Part shown: positions 38,819 to 58,419 of the stretch, one piece after another | Layout: the number at the start of each line of letters is the position of its first letter | Position numbering within the stretch: position 1 is the first letter of the stretch | Assembly (NCBI RefSeq): GCF_000150275.1 | Contig: NW_002060968.1 | Span: 715,788-779,787, forward strand | Length of the DNA: 64,000 nucleotides | DNA from: Trichoplax adhaerens | Lineage: Eukaryota; Animalia; Placozoa | Direction of reading: 5' to 3' | Translations under genes and position numbers: made by a program | The notes under the pieces: model-generated | Database searches by the model: none | What the model was told of the DNA's origin: nothing | Seen by the model: the letters and a program-made list of their open reading frames with translations, nothing else

Positions 38819-39564
38819 CTGACATGAAAGACGGATGGTCTGCTACTAAGTAGCATTCTAGTCAAGAACTGGTGACATTAATTTTGCTATTCATATAGTC
38901 TTTGTTACGGCTTCGGACTTTCTTCGATTGTAACTGATAACGAACGACGGATGGTCTGCTACTGAGCAGCATTCTAGGCCAGGACTGGTGACATTAGTTT
39001 TGCTATTCATTTGATCATTGTTCTGGCTTCGGACTTTCTTCGAATGTAACTGATAGGAAAGACGGATGGTCTGCTACTAAGCAGCATTCTAGGCAAGAAC
39101 TGATGACATTAATTTTGCTATTCATATAAACCTTGGACAGGTGTACTGATAGGAAAGACGGATGGTCTGCTACTAAGCAGCATTCTAGGCAAGAACTGGT
39201 GACATTAATTTTGCTATTCATATAAACCTTGGACAGGTGTACTGATAGGAAAGACGGATGGTCTACTACTAAGCAGCATTCTAGGCAAGAACTGGTGACA
39301 TTAATTTTGTTATTCATATGGTCATTGTTCTGGCTTCTGACTTTTTTGGATTGTAACGGATAACGAACGACGGATGGTCTGCTACTGAGCACTGAGCAGC
39401 ATTCTAGGCAAGGACTGGTGACATTAGTTTTGCTATTTATTTGGTCATTGCTCTGGTATGATGTAAGATTGAGTGTAAAGTATCGATACAGTTCCACATG
39501 ATCACAGTCTAGTTTTATTACCAAAAATGGATGATTCATTTCCCGCTGCAATTCTAGAGTCTCG

Positions 39565-39705
39565 CAATACTACAACGTATAGTATACAGAGTACAGTACT
39601 GTATCCTGTATCGAGTGACTGTACACTGTACGGTATTGTACCGTACTGTACAGTGTACAGTGTACAGTACAAGAAGTTAGTACTGTAATGATACTGTACT
39701 GTATG
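39565..39705. repeat. Low-complexity TACAG/CTGTA (gtac-rich) quasi-palindromic tract just upstream of SPATA5
   Basis: Dense tacagtac/gtactgta/tgtacag words. Confidence 0.7.
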
Positions 39706-39839
39706 AGCCTGAGGTGAAGCAATCGACAAGGCCGCTGCCAAGACTAAAATGCCGCAAAGAAAGCTAATTGCTAGTTCGCAATCAATTCAGCTCAAGATTA
39801 CGGTTTAGAAGAGACTATTCAAGTTGATTGATGTTCATC

Positions 39840-45203
<5,364 letters not shown>

Positions 45204-45430
45204 TCCAGAATCAGCATTATAAAATAGTTCTCTTTATATCATGTGCTTTAAAAAGTACCGTAGAGTATAATCTCATTTATATTTTAAGTAATGAAATATG
45301 AAGATTAGACCGCACATTAAATAATTTCTGTATTTGTATTTACTGCTTTTAAAGTAACAAGATTTATAGATTATTAAGCACAGATTATAGATTTACTCTA
45401 AGTATTTATAAATGGTGAACGTTCGCACGA

Positions 45431-48400
45431 TTATTGATTGAGGCTATTTAAGGTCAGACGTGTCAATACTGCTGCGTGTAGTTCAAGTGCCTAAAGGTAA
45501 ACATAAACATATGTAAACAAATTACTGGATATTTTGTTAGATACTAATTCGAATTGGTTTGGCGATTGTAGCTAATTATGATGCAGAACTTTATTCAACG
45601 AAGCAATTTCTATTTGTTTATGGTCTACGTACAATTTCATGTAGTCCTAAGTTTGCTGCGATATGTATAACTTGTTGCCACTGCCGTTGGGTTACACTGT
45701 GATATTTTTATCACAAACCATTCAATTGTGTTAATCGGGAAACACAGATTTAATGCTATTACTTTGTTATCATAACTGGCAATTACAAGACTTACGATAT
45801 CTCTTGAATTACGAGAGGTAATAAATTCGAATTTGTCTCATCGTAGATGAACTAGTAAGATGAAAATTAGTAAAAGTTAAAGCTATGTTATTTAAGCAGT
45901 AAAGCTAACAAATCAATTCATTCTATGTTCATTTCCTCAAAAATTTAATTTTGTATACTTACTTGCAGCAGATTTTCAATAACATCCCATTTATTTAAGT
46001 CATGCAATAAATTAACAACCTACAGTATTATCAATCACGGACAGTAGGAGAATAATTATATTAGTAAGCATGCTGACATCTAAGAGTAGTGTAGCATGAT
46101 TTTCTCTATCATGAATAAGAAAATACCTGATGTACTGAAAGTGGAGCAAAGCTATTTGATTCTCTTCGGCATAATAATTTACTAACTTCGAATACAGGAA
46201 ATTCGGATAACAATTGCGTAAAGTCTGTAATTTAATGTTTCAGCTTGAAGTTATTGACAATGGTTAAATAATCTCGTATATTTTTATCATGGTGGTTACA
46301 AATAGACTCGATGGTAAAGCTGTATTTCAGTTCATTGTATCAATAAAGAATTTCTAGGTTATTATAGCAATTGAAATCCAAAGAGCATACAATATGAACG
46401 GGTAAAATTTATAAATTTTTTGCTTTACCTTTAATTGTATAATTAACTTCTTGACAATATGCAAGTAGATTCTGATATAGGCCACGCTTATGGTAGCAGT
46501 GAGTAACTTTTTTGTGACATTCACATTGTGAATAAATACTTTGAGCCAGTGTCACATACATGGTATATTTTCTAAACGGATGAATAGCCCTATTAACAAA
46601 ATCGCTATTTGTAGTATTTGAAATATCGCTAAATACTTACTTAAGATCGGTTTCATTATTAGAGAAGCTTAAGATGATATCTCCCATGACTTCGCTTAGA
46701 GTCAACTATTGATGGAATCAATATTAAAAAATCAAGCCCTTACTATCATTTCTCAGCATTACTTTTTTGCTAATAGCTATATATAGTATTTGACAATTTA
46801 GCGCAACATATTTTCTTGGATGAGAAATAAAAATTTCATATTTATTAATTACGAATGAGTACCAAAGATGATACTAGTACCTGTCCTTGGGCAATCCAGT
46901 GGACAACAAGATCATCTCTTCCTATAACATGATTGATAAAGGATCAGAAATGACTTCAAGATAGGAGATGCAATGAAACTCTACTTTTGCAATTTCATCA
47001 GCTCATCTTAACTCTCGTCAGTTGAAGAACTGCTAGTGCATTGCAACTACTCAAGTAAACAGACGATATCATATATCACAACTATTTAAGAATCCACGCG
47101 AATAAAGATATGGACCTTCAGTTAAAGCACAGTTGATGTACTCGATGGAATCATTTACAGTTGGTCTGTGGCTAACCGCTTCCGCAGAAGACATAATCGC
47201 TTCGCAATATGCTAGCAAGGGTGATCTACAGTATAATATCAAAATAACATATGCATTTTAATTGTTAGAAAAGGCCGTTTACATTAAACTATTACAGCCA
47301 ATTATTGCAGATTATCTTTAGGGAAATCTACATAAACATTGTACTGCTCTTGCTGATTGATATTACATTGAGAGATACAATCCCTTGGAAGTATGCTGTG
47401 AAATGTAATTTACCTGAGTGCTTATTATAAAGATATTAGCTTACCTGCAACTTGCTTGTTTTTTCGCTTCTTTAAATCGATTCAAAGTTTGCGTCGTCCT
47501 TAGAACTCCCTGATCAAAATTTAAAACAATTTATTACACTTTCTAATTGTTAGCGTTATTATCTACTTCATACATGATAGAAATTAGACACTAACCCTTG
47601 GAGAATTAGCAGCATGGATAGCGGCCTGTTCATAATGCTTATCCTGAAATAGCTAAAAAAATAATAATTGTGAAATTGTATGAAATATAAGGCATTACAT
47701 TATTATTTTCGTTAATGATTAGTGGTGTAGCCGAACTTCCTAAGGCTACTGTGATAACAGGGAATTACATACCACATTAAAGGCTTCAATATATTCCAAA
47801 ATAATTTCAGCTTCTTTTTCCTTTGTAGGATCCTAAATGATGTTATAAGGTTAAACAACTTAAACTCTCGTAACTATATTCCGAAGCAATTACATGTTAC
47901 ATGCTTAAACTGCGGAAGGATCATTCTAATACCATGGATAAATATAAATTCCATATTTCAACTTTATATTGACATCACTGTAGTTAAACAATTTTAATAA
48001 TGAATAAGTAAACAATGAAACTTACGTCCTCATCAAATAAATTACTTTTGGCCATTTGCAGATCATAAGTTCCGTGATAAGATTCTAACATGGTTAATTT
48101 ATTAAAGTTTTACAACCATACCGCATCATTTTAACAAAATAGTCGTACTACTGCGATAATATTAGTCTTTAGCTCATGTAACTTCTGCAGATGTCATAAG
48201 CTTTACCATACATTGTTAGAATGTTCGAAAACATATAATTATAGATATGAAATGAACATTGTGATATAGTGACCAGGCATTCTGGATTTAAAGTTAGGAT
48301 TTAATGATAAAAAAACCTAACGTACCTATAACGTTTTTGAGAACTTTTAAAGTAGACTCAAAATCAATTAAAGACTCATTGGAACCACTTTGTAATAAAC

Positions 48401-50543
48401 AAGTCTGCAAAGCCTTGATTACAAATAAGTATCAGAACGATAAAATGTTTAGATAAATCAATGGTGGTTTAAAAGTAGTAATTTCTAATAAAATGGGCTT
48501 ATATGACGAATATTTACGAATAATATGCAGGCATAAAATTTCATCTTTTACCTCACTCGCTACTTTATACATATGCCCCTTAATGGCTAATTGCTGATGA
48601 TCATCGACAATGCCTCGATAATTATCCTATGTTATGAACCAGGTTATATCCCACAGACAATAAAATATTTTAAAAGATCATATGAGTTACTGTTGCTATG
48701 CTTTTCTCCAATTCACACAATTAATATGATTTCATCAATGCATGGATTACTTAGGCGTAATTGTACCTCCTTAGTCGCCCACTGCTTCTTCAGGGTTGCT
48801 TGAATTTCTTTAGAAGCAAATCTATCATATGAATTTGTGAAATAATGTTTAAAAGTTTTAGATACAAGTTTTATCAACTTATTGATGGAGAGAATAAATT
48901 GCAGCAATTTTAAATATTTCTTACTTTATATTTTCTGTATCTTTTATTTCTTGAATATCCGATTCGCATTTATCTAACTATAGCACACAGATTACCAAAT
49001 TAAATGTAGCGAATAAATGCAATGATGTAACCATATTGTCTTAGTTGAATATTTACTTCCTGCCGTAATGCTTTAACATTATCAACGTCCTTTTTCGATA
49101 TTCCTGGAGCATATCCCAAAAAATTTTTTTCAAGCTTGGTAACTACTTTCTTATTAATTGTCCTCATTTCTGAAATAAAATAAAATCTCAGTAACCATTT
49201 ATCACTAGCATTTCTAGGTATTTGCTTAGAAATTAAAATACTACTGCAATTTTTGGCTCGTTGTTTTGGATTATAAAAGAAATACTATTTGTTTTGTAAA
49301 CTAATAATTGATATACCTCGGTCTTTACGGATGATATCATTCCTCTTTTTTCTAGGAATATAGGTAAAATCATGAAATTACTATATGCAATTAGCAATAC
49401 GAAAGCGTAGTGATCAAATTTCAAAACAATTAGTTGCTGATTACGTTTCTTCCTCCATCGCAGCTCTTAGCCTATGTTTTAAGTTGGTAGGAGCGATGAA
49501 AATGATTAATTTATTATAAACAATTAGTAAAAAATTACGGAAATAATATCGATGCACTATGATACCGTTTGTTGTCAGCCTCGATATAATCTAGTTTTTT
49601 CTTTAATTCTGCTTCACGTTTATAATAATTTCTTAATTGATAAAAACATTGGATCAAACATTCGAATAAAGAAATAATAATATATTTTTTAAAACTGCTC
49701 AGATCACAATCTTAAAATCTCTGAATTAGAAAATTGAAATTATTACCCTAGAGTAGCCTGAGTGTAAGTTAAAGACTTTAGTTTAGACGCAGATAGTATG
49801 GCCTCTTCCTTTTCTTGTTCTAAATGATCGATGACATTTTCGTATTGGGCCTATATTTTTAAATAGCCAAGTTAATGCCATGTAAATTTTAAAATACTTC
49901 TACCAGCTTTTAAAAGGTGTCATTTTGTTATCTAACGCTTTTACAGCACCTTAATAATAGCAAGGATATCTTTATAGGATGTAACATGTTCAAGTAGGTG
50001 TCCTAGAACTTGCTTATGTACCAAAAACCTCTTCTAAAATATCAGTAGACGGATCGGTTAAAAGTACTGTCAAATTTTATGATATAAAATTTGCTGCAAT
50101 CTGTATGATCCTTTCAAAAGTATTTATTTTACATATCTGTAACAAGCATATCCTATTAAAGCAAACTTATTGTTCGAAATAAGACTCATTTCATCAAGTA
50201 CGTTTCCTATTACTTACTTTTCTAGATTGGTGATCAGAGTTCGACGTGTTCTTGACTTTTTCTAATTCCTATATTTAATGAAGCGGCAATGATGCATTGT
50301 CATAAAAGTTACTGATTAAGCAGATTATATTGAATGTAAAATAAATGACTTTAATACCTAAAGTACCACTCATAAAATAAAATGTTAAAGTTCTTATACC
50401 TGGTCTAATATATTTTGAAGACGTTTAATAGATTGCTTTTCTTTATCTTCAACTCTATCTTCTCCATGGTCAAAGTTCCCTATCTCATCAATAATAGGAG
50501 ATAATAGTCTCGGTCTTTCCCTGGGTACTTTAAAGTTTTCCAT
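45431..50543 (-). CDS. CLHC1: Clathrin heavy chain linker domain-containing protein 1 (multi-exon)
   Basis: Exons translate to MENFKVPRERPRLLSPII..., KRFLVHKQVLGHLLEHVTSYKDILAIIK, DPTKEKEAEIILEYIEAFN, HYEQAAIHAANSPK/GVLRTTQTLNRFK (clathrin linker-like), SPLLAYCEAIM, ...ALELHAAVLTRLTLNSLNQ*. Confidence 0.8.
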
Positions 50544-53500
50544 ACTATTTTAATTAATGCAGAAATAAAACTTTTAGTACATGTTTTACGTTATATACGA
50601 TAAGTTTAAATCATCACCCAAGCTTTCGTATTGTAATGAAAAATCGTGTTAGTAATTTATGTCATTAGAGACACATTAGATTAACTAATAATTTAATGGG
50701 TATTTCTATGTCTTTAATGGGAAAACTACTTAATGGATACTACGACATGATTGAAATAATATTCAAATGTCTATCGTTTCAGAAATTGTACTGCGAGTGA
50801 CGTCCTGATACTCATGCTAAATAAACGGTTGGGTAATAAAAACATGGCTATTACAGACACATCATTGAAAAAGCTCTATACTTAATGAAAGGAATAGGGA
50901 TAGCGTTTGATAATCCTAATTTTATGATATTTAGAAGAAGGTATTCGTACAAAATCTAAGAAACACAGGCAAAATTTTTGAGTTTTAACCCGCATTTATA
51001 ACCAATGAACGTGCTTGATGATTACCACTATAAACAACACAAAATCGAAAATGATAAAAGTTTACTGCCCGACATGTATTTTATAGCGCCGTGCCTACTA
51101 TGCAACACCTAATGTTGACTATTCCCTCATCATTAGCAGTCCTTAATAACTAGCTAGTTACAAACCCAGATTTTACTGAAATATGAATCAATTTCATAAT
51201 AATTTAGCTACATAAAGCATTACGGTATTTTGCATTTCTTAGATGGGGTTCCAAAAGTATACAAACTTTCATGAAGATAATGTCATATCATAGAAAAATA
51301 AGTTATCGTTTAATTCTAAGAGACTATTATCAAACGATAGCAATGTTAAGTTTATTACTAAAAAGCCATTCTACATAAACCACAAGCGAATTACATTATT
51401 TTCTACGCGTATTTTAGAGAATAACAAGACAACAAACTTATATAACGAATATTAAGACGTTGGTTTAAAGGCTGATAAAATGGCCCGAAATATATATACA
51501 ACAATTTTACTAACCTACCTAATTCCAAAGACGTTGTGTTGCAGATTACTTGTTCAAGCTGTTTTGAAGTGAATAGATTGGCTAATGTACCTAACAAATT
51601 TCATTAATCAAGGACATGATAACCCATGATGAGGTTTTGAATTCTGTCAATATCCACAAAATGTTAATAAAAGATGACAACCTCTATCATTGCAAGAATA
51701 CTGCTGCCTCTATTAATAATTATAATTGACTTTACCCGTTATAATAATCATTAGAATCTGTGGTGCTTCCATACAGTGGTTGTACCAGAATGCGGCATTA
51801 ACTTTGAAAGGTTGCCATGATACAGACGGAGTTTGCGTATTAGCGTTCTTTGTCTATAAGCGTACATTACAGTACTTCTATGCTGGAATCGGAACGAGCA
51901 TGCGTAGACGGAACTCCTTCCCATTCCCTGGTTAATGATATCAGTTAATTAATTAATCACCGAATTTCTTAAATTTTCTTACTAACTTACCGGGTTGGAG
52001 GTTTTTAGGGGTGATTATGGTCATTAAAGCAGCTCTAGTGGAAGACTAAAATTTGTAAAGGAAAATAATTATATACGCGTAATGATATGATCATGTGAAA
52101 TTGAATGTAAACCATATCCATACCTTAGAATTAAATGGAGTACTAGTGGATATTCAACTCAAGTATTCTTATCGATCACGCATCATTAGATTGTTAAATA
52201 TAAAAATTTACTTAGCAGTCAAAATGTACGTTCGAAAATGATACATTTGTAAAGTCAATTAACTATAAATGAGTCGTTAAATCGACTGAAAATGAAAGAT
52301 TAATTCTCTCCATAGATATAGTGGTTCTATCATGGAAATGTTTAAGAGAGTAAATCTAACTTGGATATAGTAGCATTGTAAATTTTTTAATCTCCTTAAT
52401 CTTGACTTAGGCTTATTACATATCTAGAGGCCTAATACATTGATCTATTGCTAACTATTTCCCATATTTATTGAAGTAATGCATTAGTAGAGCTGTAGTT
52501 GATTGGATTTTACTTCTATTTAGATAAATATACCTTAAAGCTTCATCTGCTGTAGTATCGTTTTACTATAGCAAATAAGGCAGGATAAAATACTTATAAA
52601 ATGATTCTTGTATGATTTGAAAATTAACGATATTGAATAAACAGTTTCAAACGTCGTAAAATGAATCTGTTTTTAGACGTTATAAGACCTAGCTTACTTC
52701 AATCCGATTAAATTGGCACTGATTGCCAAAGATATCAAAACAGCAATCCTATTTCACAGTTACTGATAAATACTTAAGAAATCCATCGTGGTAGTATAGA
52801 TGGATAAGTATAAAATTAAACGGTAAGATAATTTCTATACCAATAGTTAATAAGATGAGGTGGCTCTAGTTTTAGTTCCTATCCAGAAGATTAAATCATA
52901 GCAAAAAGACTAAATTTACGAGATAAAGAGCACATTTATGCGGTTTTATGCTTTTTAGTTGACGATAGCAATAATAGAAATTATTAAGGTGCACTTTACA
53001 GCAAGAAAATTTAAATTATTAATGGTATTATCCTGTGCGTTTATTTTAAACTCTTCAATTATGAAAATTTAAGCCGTATAAGCGAGAATATAGAAATGAA
53101 AAAAGCATTGGAAAAAGTGATTAATTGAATTAAAATTAACAGTTGGTTTGCCAGTGAAATAGTTATCTCATCTTCTTAAAGTAAATCGTAATAAATTTAC
53201 TCTATTCCAAAGTAATATAATTTACCAATGTTAAGTTAGAAGTAATAATCAATAACATAAAGAATGATTATTTGCTGTACACTTTATAGTACTATACTAG
53301 GATATTAAATACACAGAATATTTCTTCTTGTTTAAGCATCTGTCAGTAATAATAATACAGTGCTTCGATTAACGAATCTTTACATCAATAAAATTTAATA
53401 GTTTACCATTTATTGGCATCATTAGTTAACCAAAATTTGAAAAATTAGTGATATGTACTTGATCCATTTAATATTTAGAATCAGTTTATTGGCGAATATT

Positions 53501-54303
53501 AACGTAACGTAATGCCAAAATTTTTATTGATGGCTTAAATGGATTTGTGTTGATATATGTACAGTTTAAAATGCAAAGACTCTACATTTTGAAGATAAAT
53601 AGTTTTCTTAATCAAGCTTTATGGCTTCAAATGCCATTTTGAAACGTTATTCAATTCTTATATAACGTGAAGAAGAATCAGATTATAATACATACATTAA
53701 ACATAATTAAGAGTTATTTCTCGTTAATATTTTGAGAAAGTGGCGTTCTAATTCATTTTAGAACAAGAAATTACTTTTCAACAGAAAAACAAGCATATTT
53801 TGATAAGATTATAAATTATGTAAAGAATAAATTCTGACCAATTATAAAATGTTAAAATTTCTCGGTATAACTGACGTTTTCATATAGCTGCGTCACGTTT
53901 CAAAATACTAAATAATCATAAACGTGTAGATCATTTTAGCATTGAATAACGAAACAGAAATATAAACCGATCAACATTAAGTAAGTAATACAGTATACGA
54001 TAAAATGCCATCTTTTTAGCTGTCATGTTTCTAATAGTAAGGTATAACATTTATTATGGCCTCCTAGTATCTTCTATTGCAATTAAAGTAAAGCTCAATA
54101 GGTCTTTATGTTTGTATAATTTGTAGGATACATGTGTGTATTCACAAACGGGAGTCAAGATTATCACTTTTAAAAGTCTTAATAGAGGAAAATTTACAAA
54201 GTAAAGTTTTGTAGCCAGAATTAGAGTAATACGCATAGATTACATATATTGTTATTGAATATAGCTCGTTTCGTTTAACAATAATTACAAGTCCTGTAAT
54301 TTA

Positions 54304-54915
54304 CTAGAGAAATTCTTCGGTATCTCTTGGGTCCTCTGTACATGGAATTATTTCTGAAGCACTCATAGTCAAAACTGCTGCTGGAGGTGGAGCACTATCT
54401 AAAACAGTCATAAAACGTGGTCGATTATCGCTACCTTCTAAATTGATCGGTGGTAATGCTTTTTTCTCCTTTAAATTGATCGAAATTGTTGGTACAGTTA
54501 GCGTTGTAAGTGTTTGATCAGTTCTATTTGAATTTTGAAGAGATAACAACGATTTATCGTCGGATCTACTAAAAGTTTTTGATCTGTTCGAATAATTTCT
54601 ATTAAAGCTTTCTCCACTGTCTTCAAATATATTACTTGATAAAGTGGAATGGCTATTATTTAGTGTATGACGAAGAAGTAAAGAAACATCGGATAGCGCT
54701 CGCCCTCTTCCCTGCTCTCTAATATCAGGTAATAGGTTGTATCTTTGTATGTTCCAACCTCTAGAAATTTGCTGGCGTAAGAATTTTTTATCGGTTTCTG
54801 GTTCTGTTTGCTGTGCATTATTTGATATTTCTTGAAGGTGGATTTTTTCTTGAGCTATCTTGGAGGAAGAAGAATTAATTGAAAGCACATTAGGTATAAT
54901 CGATTGACTTTTCAT
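54304..54915 (-). CDS. Orphan Ser/Asn-rich, probably disordered protein (terminal exon; ~203 aa from MKSQ, or longer if spliced)
   Basis: A 630-bp stop-free frame is unusual in such AT-rich DNA. Acceptor ccctcag at ~54939; plausible upstream exons at ~55021-55080 and a donor near 56931. Confidence 0.6.
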   Translation of the reverse strand: MKSQSIIPNVLSINSSSSKIAQEKIHLQEISNNAQQTEPETDKKFLRQQISRGWNIQRYNLLPDIREQGRGRALSDVSLLLRHTLNNSHSTLSSNIFEDSGESFNRNYSNRSKTFSRSDDKSLLSLQNSNRTDQTLTTLTVPTISINLKEKKALPPINLEGSDNRPRFMTVLDSAPPPAAVLTMSASEIIPCTEDPRDTEEFL

Positions 54916-57900
54916 GTTGTTGATTTCTCTCAATGTTCTGAGGGATATAATTAGGCCAACGATAATTAGATGATTTGACGACTTTGCTCAAGTCTGCCCG
55001 TAATTAACCAGTTTGTTTACTTAACTGAACATAAATGAGCGAATAAATTTGAATCTTTGATATCCACGGTATTGCCGAAACTGAAGGATGGGAAAGGATA
55101 GATTAATAATTATATTTTATTAAATGCTTTTGAGAAATGCTTTGAAATTTTAAAAATTCTATCATATAATAAATATTAAATATTAACTAAAATTCATTAA
55201 CAGTAAACTATAAAAGTTAAAAGTACGCAGTAATAAAAAAGTTTTTACGGTATTTTGTAATTTAGTTTAATAATATTCTCTTCAATATGATCAGAAAGCT
55301 AATTTAAGATGATTTGATTCAATAATTCCTTAATAGAGTATAACAAGAACAATAGTTTACACAGATAGTAACGTTCATTAGTGGTAGAACAACTAAATGT
55401 CCTACTAATAAGATCGATCATGTGATTTATATATTGCAGACCGAAAAGAATATAGATTGTAAATACAAAGTAAGGATTGAATACGTATAAAAGACAGTGC
55501 TATTAATTAAGAATTGAAAACAAAGTAAATAATAAAGCCACTAATTTTAAAGTTTTATAGAATATTGTAGCTTGGGTCATAAGTCTTCTTTTAATATTAA
55601 TTATTACAGCTATAGATCTTGTTATTAACATTTCACTGATAGACTGTCTTAAATGAATTAATTCTTTCTAATATCCCTTTTAATTAATGTCTTATTTAAA
55701 TCGTGATTTTTCGATATTCTCTTATATAGGCAATGTCAGCTGTTTAATATGAAAACTAAAGAAATATTTTGAATATTTCTTAAAATATCTAAAAATTGTA
55801 AATTTGAACATAAAATTTGAAAACGTTTAAAATGAGTTGTTAAATGCCCTGCTAATGCTAGTAATTCAAGGTAAATAAATATCAGTTGAATTTCATGACT
55901 ATATTTTTTTTGTGTTGTTTCTTCTGAAGGAATGTTATCGGCAAAAGGCTTCACGATTGTTTAAGGCTTATGTATTTACTATCATGGATGCTGGTATGAT
56001 TTCATAACTCAATGCTTTTAATTTTATACTTCTGATATTAGCTATTTAGCCCGTACTAAAATCTCTGTCATATCCTATGAGAACTATTTTATTATCAATT
56101 CCTAAGACGAGGATACCTTTATTGTATGCTTTATGCCTATAAATTAAAGTTCATACACAATTTTAGATCGAATACAATTCAAACACTAAAAATAGATACC
56201 AGGTAGATGAATTGATCATAAACTGGCATAGAAATAAAATCTTCTTCTAGTCTTTTAGAACAAGTAAATTGCGGAGAAAAAAGAGATTGTCCCACGCTCA
56301 TGAGTAATATTAGTAGTTAACTACATATTGTAGCCGATACCATTACTTTTTTAATACGTTAATATTTACTTATATGAATTGCTTTTTGAATTACCTAGTC
56401 AATGAATATGATAATAGCATAAAATGCTTATTTTGTGATAATTTTCTCTAATGATAAATAACATAGAAGGAACGGTATACAATTATAATGGCTGTACTGT
56501 CTTAATTAGTGATACAAACTGCTAATTTAAAATTGACACGTACTCTGTGGTAAAATTAGCTATTTAATTTTCTATTAATCCACACCGCTCACAAAGGTAG
56601 AAATAAAGTACCTTTACTAAATTTAGTTCTAGGTCAATGAATATTTAATATGATCTATAATAACAATTGACGAATTCTCTTTGTAAAGTATTAACTACTG
56701 AATCTTTAAGTGCTCATTAACATTTGAAATAGTTACAACTTTCTATCATTATGGTAGTAAGGTAAAAATTCTTGTTCAATTCACTAAGTAGTTCTGACGT
56801 AAGAAGTAAAGCTTTGCCTGATTTAGCAAGAATTAAGTGCGATCCTATCATAAGAAAATCAGTAAAACAAATTTTTAACGTGAAAACAGATTAGTTTATT
56901 ATCGAATAAATCCTTCAAGATCGACGCTTACCTGTTAAAGCATACATTTATATAATTAACGATACAGCCAATATCCGATGTCCGTGTATATATATATAAA
57001 ATTATTTGTGCAATTGAAATTGGCTAACGCCATTTTATTGACGATTTTTTTTACGAAGAGGAATGATGATTATTGGAATGCGTGAGCAATATAATATTAT
57101 CGAGTAAACGTAGGTAGCAGGTTGTCGTAGTCATGTAAGCTCTCGAATTGCTTTCAGTATAGCTCTCAAATCAAGATATCGCTATTTGGGACAATTACTA
57201 TCGCCTAGCCCATCTCGGATAGATTGCAATGTCTACTATCTATCTCAGATGGCTTACTGTCGGCGCTATTGAGATCATTCAACATTTAAATTACGTATGC
57301 AAAAGATATCGGTTTACGTCATTTCTGTCTTAAATTGACTTATATCAACGCGACGAACTAAAAGTTTTATTACTTCTTGATCTTAAATTTTTGGTTATTT
57401 CGGCTTAAATTCTTATAACATTTAATAAGTACATATACTGAATTATTGACGTACCGCACAGTACAAATTTCTTGTATTACTAATAAAATATAAAATACCG
57501 AAACCATGTTGTCTATTTTGAGGTAGTAATTGGAGTTAAGTATAATAGCTGTGAAATTTGAAGATTGGGTAATTAATTGCAGAAAAAATAATTCATTTTA
57601 TCGGGACATAAGTGGCTACAACCAATATCAAGGCGTCGATTAGATTAGATTAATCAGTATAATTGGAAATTTTGATAATTTCCAGTAAGTTACATATTAT
57701 TAAGCTATAAAATGCTTTGTAAATATAGCAATAAAATGTGAATGCATTGATTACGAACTAATAGAGTATTGCTACGATCTAGCAGATTTCAAATTGATAG
57801 GTCTTCATTACTCTATAACTGTGTCTAAGATGTTTTACTATCATTTTCAGTAAAGTAAAGACCTACTTTAATTTATGGAGAAGCTACTGCAATCGTATCG

Positions 57901-58419
57901 TATTAAAAATTACCTCAAATGTGTGGAAGTGCCCAGAGATATCTAGAATTCCACTAATTTTCATACTAGACTCGATTTATTTTATATTCTGCTTAAAATA
58001 TAATTTCATAAAGGACAAGTAATAAGCTGTTATATACTATGAATATTTCATCGTTCGTAAATGGGATTTCAATAAAAATCCACTAAGTAAAACTACTTTA
58101 TCTACTCATATACATACATAGTAGTTATGAAGTTACCTATACGATACACTACAATATTATTTAATCTTTAATTTAGATAGCATGTTTTTATCCAAAACCT
58201 TTGTTTTTACTCTTGTCTTAAAATTCGTGTATTTTATGAATAGAGATTACTGTTGTCTATAGAATTGCATTTGAAATATTTATCAGCGGAGAAAAAATGT
58301 TAGGATCCACGTCTAAAAATAGGTAACATTTATTTTAGCATGCCTGGTAGTACATATTTGAAGTAGTTTCAAATATCGGAAGTTCGTTTATACAATTTCT
58401 CTTAGATTAATATTATGTA

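Larger units (their letters stand above)
37780..39460. repeat. Tandem array of ~96-110-bp units between divergent COMMD6 and SPATA5, interrupted by two insertions
   Basis: gacggatggtctgctact(a/g)agcagcattctaggc(a/c)a(g)(a/g)actggtgacatta(a/g)ttttgctattcat occurs about 8 times. Confidence 0.93.

Noticed and set aside
39015-39551. 178-aa Cys-rich repetitive ORF (CLECC)
   Set aside because: Translation of the tandem array. Other units shift frame and are interrupted by insertions.
56932-57033. ATG at 57033 as the start of the orphan gene
   Set aside because: An in-frame TAA occurs before the donor, so this segment is more likely 5' UTR.
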